Shown here in pieces: positions 50,901 through 52,788 of a DNA stretch of 52,788 nucleotides (within the stretch, counting starts at the first letter, position 1; each line of letters starts with the position of its first letter). This stretch comes from a virus (lineage: Duplodnaviria > Caudoviricetes). Below the pieces are notes generated by a model. It had not been told where the DNA came from. It worked only from the letters and a program-made list of their open reading frames with translations, and did no database searches. The position numbers and the translations under genes were made by a program. Location of the stretch: IMG/VR virus record IMGVR_UViG_3300042516_004385, positions 1 through 52,788 of that record. The stretch is one strand, 5' to 3'.

Positions 50901-52788
50901 GTACCAGATGAGGTTTTACAGAACCTGATCAGTTACTATGGACAAGATGAATACATTGCTTCACCTTCAGGTGGCTATACTTCTAATCCTAAAAGGGTAC
51001 TATCAGAAGATACTGAAAACTGGCTGAAAGAGAATGGTGAGTTGGAAAATAAGCTTGATACTGCTTATAACAATGCCAAGAGAGGGGTACTGAGTAGTAC
51101 TGAAGTGGAGGCAATAATAAAAGAACATTTTGCCAAAGAGGAACCGGAAACAGATGAACAGAAAGCTGAAAGGCTTGCTAAAGAAAAAGCTATTGCACTA
51201 GCTGCTGAAAAGAAAAGGTTACAGGCACAGTGGAACAAAGAACTACAAGAGAACAGAAAGAAGTATCCTCATACTCCTCAAAAGCCTTTATCTGATGCGG
51301 ATCTTGCTCTCAGAGAAAAGAATGAAAAAGAGATCAATGCAAAGTATACAAAGCTGATTGCCGATCTTGATGCTCAACTTGTTACTCCTGTTCCGGGTGC
51401 TACAGGTACTACTTCTACTCCCGGTACATCTGTATCTAAAGTAGAGAAGATACAAAAGCTTATTGATGATGTTCCAAGTATAGAACAAGCTGATGTTAGA
51501 ACAGATGCTACAGTTAAAGCAATCAATGTAATCTTTGCAATTAATGATATACCTCTGATTACTGCTTATTCGGATGATGCTTACAAACAAGCACGAGATC
51601 TTGCAAGCTTCCGTTTTACATTCAACAACCTTACTAACTTTAAGGAAGAAGCTCAGAAGTATTTTGATAGTATTAAAAACCTGATTGAAAAATCAGAACA
51701 AGGTACTGGTACACCTGTATCTGATATAGATGCCCAAAGAGCTGAGATAAAGTTTGCAATAAAGCAACTTGAGGATAATTTACAAGCAAGGATTGATGAT
51801 TTTATTGCCAAAGGTGCCCCAAAAGAAGAAGCTGAAAAATTAGCATTAGCCGAATTTCCAAAAGATGATAAAAAAGCATTAGATGAATTAAAAGCAAAAC
51901 TTGCAGCATTAGAGCAACAAGGTTCTGGTGCTAAAACATCTCTTGAAGGTCTTCCTAAAATGCAGATCCTTGACTCTCAAGTTAGTGTTGCTGCTCATAG
52001 ACTGGAAGATATAAAAACCGGCAAGTATGTTGATACTGTTGAACAAGCAGAACAAAGACTTGCTAATACACTATCATCTTTATCACAAGCTGATTTGGAT
52101 GAAGGTTTATCTATTATAGTTACAGAAAGACCAGCAGGGCAAGCTAAAGCTGCTATACCAGGTAATGAAGTTGTTTACATTAAACCACAAAAGTATTCAA
52201 TACAGCTTCGTTACAAAAACCAACCTATTGGTTATTTAACAAATGCCGGCTTCTATGTATTCAAAATAGATGGTCAGGAGCTGAATGCTTTGGATCTTTC
52301 TGTTGAACAGTTTGAAAAGCTGATGGAAATACCAAAGGGTATGACTGCTCAAGAGGCACTTGAAAAGTTCCAAGAAGATTATAAGGTAGCTTCTGCTATA
52401 CAGATTGCTATTGAGAAACATCTGGCCAATGGAAAGAATACTTTCTCAGGAACAGAACTTCAGGAGTTGGTATCAATACGTCCGGTTATCACTCTTGACT
52501 TTGTAAATGCAGAAGACCCAAGAACAGCACCTCTCCTTAAGGACATTAATGCAAACACTAATATCCCTGTAACAGAATCAGGTGAGAAAAGGATGATTGT
52601 TGTAAACAATGCTAGGTACAAAGAAGCTGCAGATAAATTAAAAGCAACTGGAGAATTTACTACAGTATCAAGTTCTGAGTATGCACCTATGGTATTGGGT
52701 GAAATGGGTGATTTAGATTCAGCTGCTCTTCAATCTGCTGGTCCTGTTCCTATGACAGATAAAGAAGGAAAAGAATATCCATTAGGAA
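47922..52788 (+). CDS. giant virion protein, partial (at least 1622 aa); likely the crAss-type ejection / virion RNA polymerase-associated polypeptide
   Basis: Starts MSNFSEYIPLASNQ, still in frame at the window end (...KEGKEYPLG); Gly/Ala-rich hydrophobic helices, EARFEA, EGLQE motifs, acidic linkers; no RNAP catalytic motif seen within the window. Confidence 0.75.
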   Translation, partial: MSNFSEYIPLASNQSSLSLDTPVTPNVPSPDAFISPIGNNPPVIDNSQSSFGNYIDAPTLQEKLAPTQFDWNKTQADRFTQSKYFTTKGFDPYAGYETIDGKSYDVNELKYAGAQTWGDVMSNAVGGSLALAKNTFVEGWKGWANMANAFTNWNSDETFMQRLAGSPEELMQKDEEQKAIFNKYAIFKSPVKDTGFGVFNREFVGDMVQQSGFSLGAGAQFLSEMALTWGIGEGFGAVAKSAGWLAKGLSATEEGAETLNMLQKTNQLASKGKVINDARKIADPTAIKGYGERVLSWIGEQVTDVTGIGKMAEAYGAGASKYQLAAMGVGGITRFGAALNTAATEARFEAANTYGQMYGSFLNDWQEKNNGQLPVGNDLERIRKTSYAAATDVFVANTALLLAFNQLEFGNIINKFGSSSRLMREALEQGESELFSVTGKLKRDIASTAGGAGLKEGQKATQAYLKGRLGALSNFNTIRKDFGLGTALWQVGKRSQATKLQIGEGLQEILQNATDVTFTDYYKNLYDGGKDIDGNSFVKDLTSADWGKGLQAQLSMEGWQTFLMGAATGLFITPVQSAAMAGFKKANASINKQYQGEVDAHKKIMKANLDILNTWYTDPTKALNEHINGIKVQGKADKNMQAALQGNDRYEFHNAKDDAFASAVSVAIKTGNYESFVDSISELGERLTDEQFEQAFGLKKTSSTKTSARAFTQSIVKDIEKYHDNWENLKDKFAYLIQPELYAKDSKDYQNAKVAKKILDDAIEVLATTSHHAERTLERAAELRAKAAAIPGIGASANKSFDVLSSSFNASVELNRLKDELTNLEGLTKDATITEQIKNNKEQQKHLEQWFVLHTILDELKGMETAPDLTELQENMKNSFTGYISAVNTQYDKTAPTLDKNEVNEVFGYLIDFNTLNKDNGHYVAALNVLSDPKNFALMYQKMKEGAEAAKEKIKKEHVKEAKNRTAASTGTEVEEDEEEEEQEDEDKESELPVPDEVLQNLISYYGQDEYIASPSGGYTSNPKRVLSEDTENWLKENGELENKLDTAYNNAKRGVLSSTEVEAIIKEHFAKEEPETDEQKAERLAKEKAIALAAEKKRLQAQWNKELQENRKKYPHTPQKPLSDADLALREKNEKEINAKYTKLIADLDAQLVTPVPGATGTTSTPGTSVSKVEKIQKLIDDVPSIEQADVRTDATVKAINVIFAINDIPLITAYSDDAYKQARDLASFRFTFNNLTNFKEEAQKYFDSIKNLIEKSEQGTGTPVSDIDAQRAEIKFAIKQLEDNLQARIDDFIAKGAPKEEAEKLALAEFPKDDKKALDELKAKLAALEQQGSGAKTSLEGLPKMQILDSQVSVAAHRLEDIKTGKYVDTVEQAEQRLANTLSSLSQADLDEGLSIIVTERPAGQAKAAIPGNEVVYIKPQKYSIQLRYKNQPIGYLTNAGFYVFKIDGQELNALDLSVEQFEKLMEIPKGMTAQEALEKFQEDYKVASAIQIAIEKHLANGKNTFSGTELQELVSIRPVITLDFVNAEDPRTAPLLKDINANTNIPVTESGEKRMIVVNNARYKEAADKLKATGEFTTVSSSEYAPMVLGEMGDLDSAALQSAGPVPMTDKEGKEYPLG

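Noticed and set aside
451-52421. Numerous minus-strand ORFs and short alternative-frame plus-strand ORFs in the ORF track
   Set aside because: All lie within longer, motif-bearing + strand genes and have shadow-ORF composition (Phe/Ile/Leu/Cys-rich) with no recognisable motifs
1-52788. Stop-codon reassignment as in some crAss-like phages
   Set aside because: Genes are full-length and densely packed under the standard code; TAG ends genes at 22380 and 25092 and TGA ends several others
1-52788. tRNA or rRNA genes
   Set aside because: Intergenic spaces are short and none showed a cloverleaf with a T-loop GTTCRA in a proper context; a tRNAscan-SE run would be needed to exclude them formally

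Overview
This 52.8 kb window is the virion (late) gene region of a crAss-like (Crassvirales-related) podophage, probably infecting Bacteroidota. All credible genes are on the + strand, tightly packed and read in the standard genetic code. Gene order: PD-(D/E)XK nuclease; four glycosyltransferases interleaved with a candidate small terminase; terminase large subunit; portal; scaffold-like protein; major capsid protein; ring/adaptor protein; a fibre/decoration block interrupted by an HNH endonuclease; a possible holin/spanin cassette; auxiliary capsid protein; Cys-rich and Fn3-like structural proteins; IHF-like protein; tail ring proteins; muzzle/stabilisation protein; ferritin/Dps-like protein; then large internal (cargo) proteins, the last running off the window end (47922 onward, absent from the ORF track). 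The most notable signals are: (1) three consecutive cargo genes (37008-44442) built from unrelated small modules separated by about 30 copies of a [YMF]-x-x-G-G / [YM]-G-G motif, suggesting a di-glycine-punctuated polyprotein or capsid-loading system; (2) strong, patchy CCGG over-representation; (3) a regulatory grammar of TTTG-N19/20-TAyATTwA promoters, a 17-bp palindrome TAAACAT-N3-ATGTTTA, a shared 13-nt leader and a structured intergenic element complementary to that leader; (4) the glycosyltransferase cluster beside the packaging genes. Family assignments come from motif recognition and gene order, not database searches, and all counts are manual.
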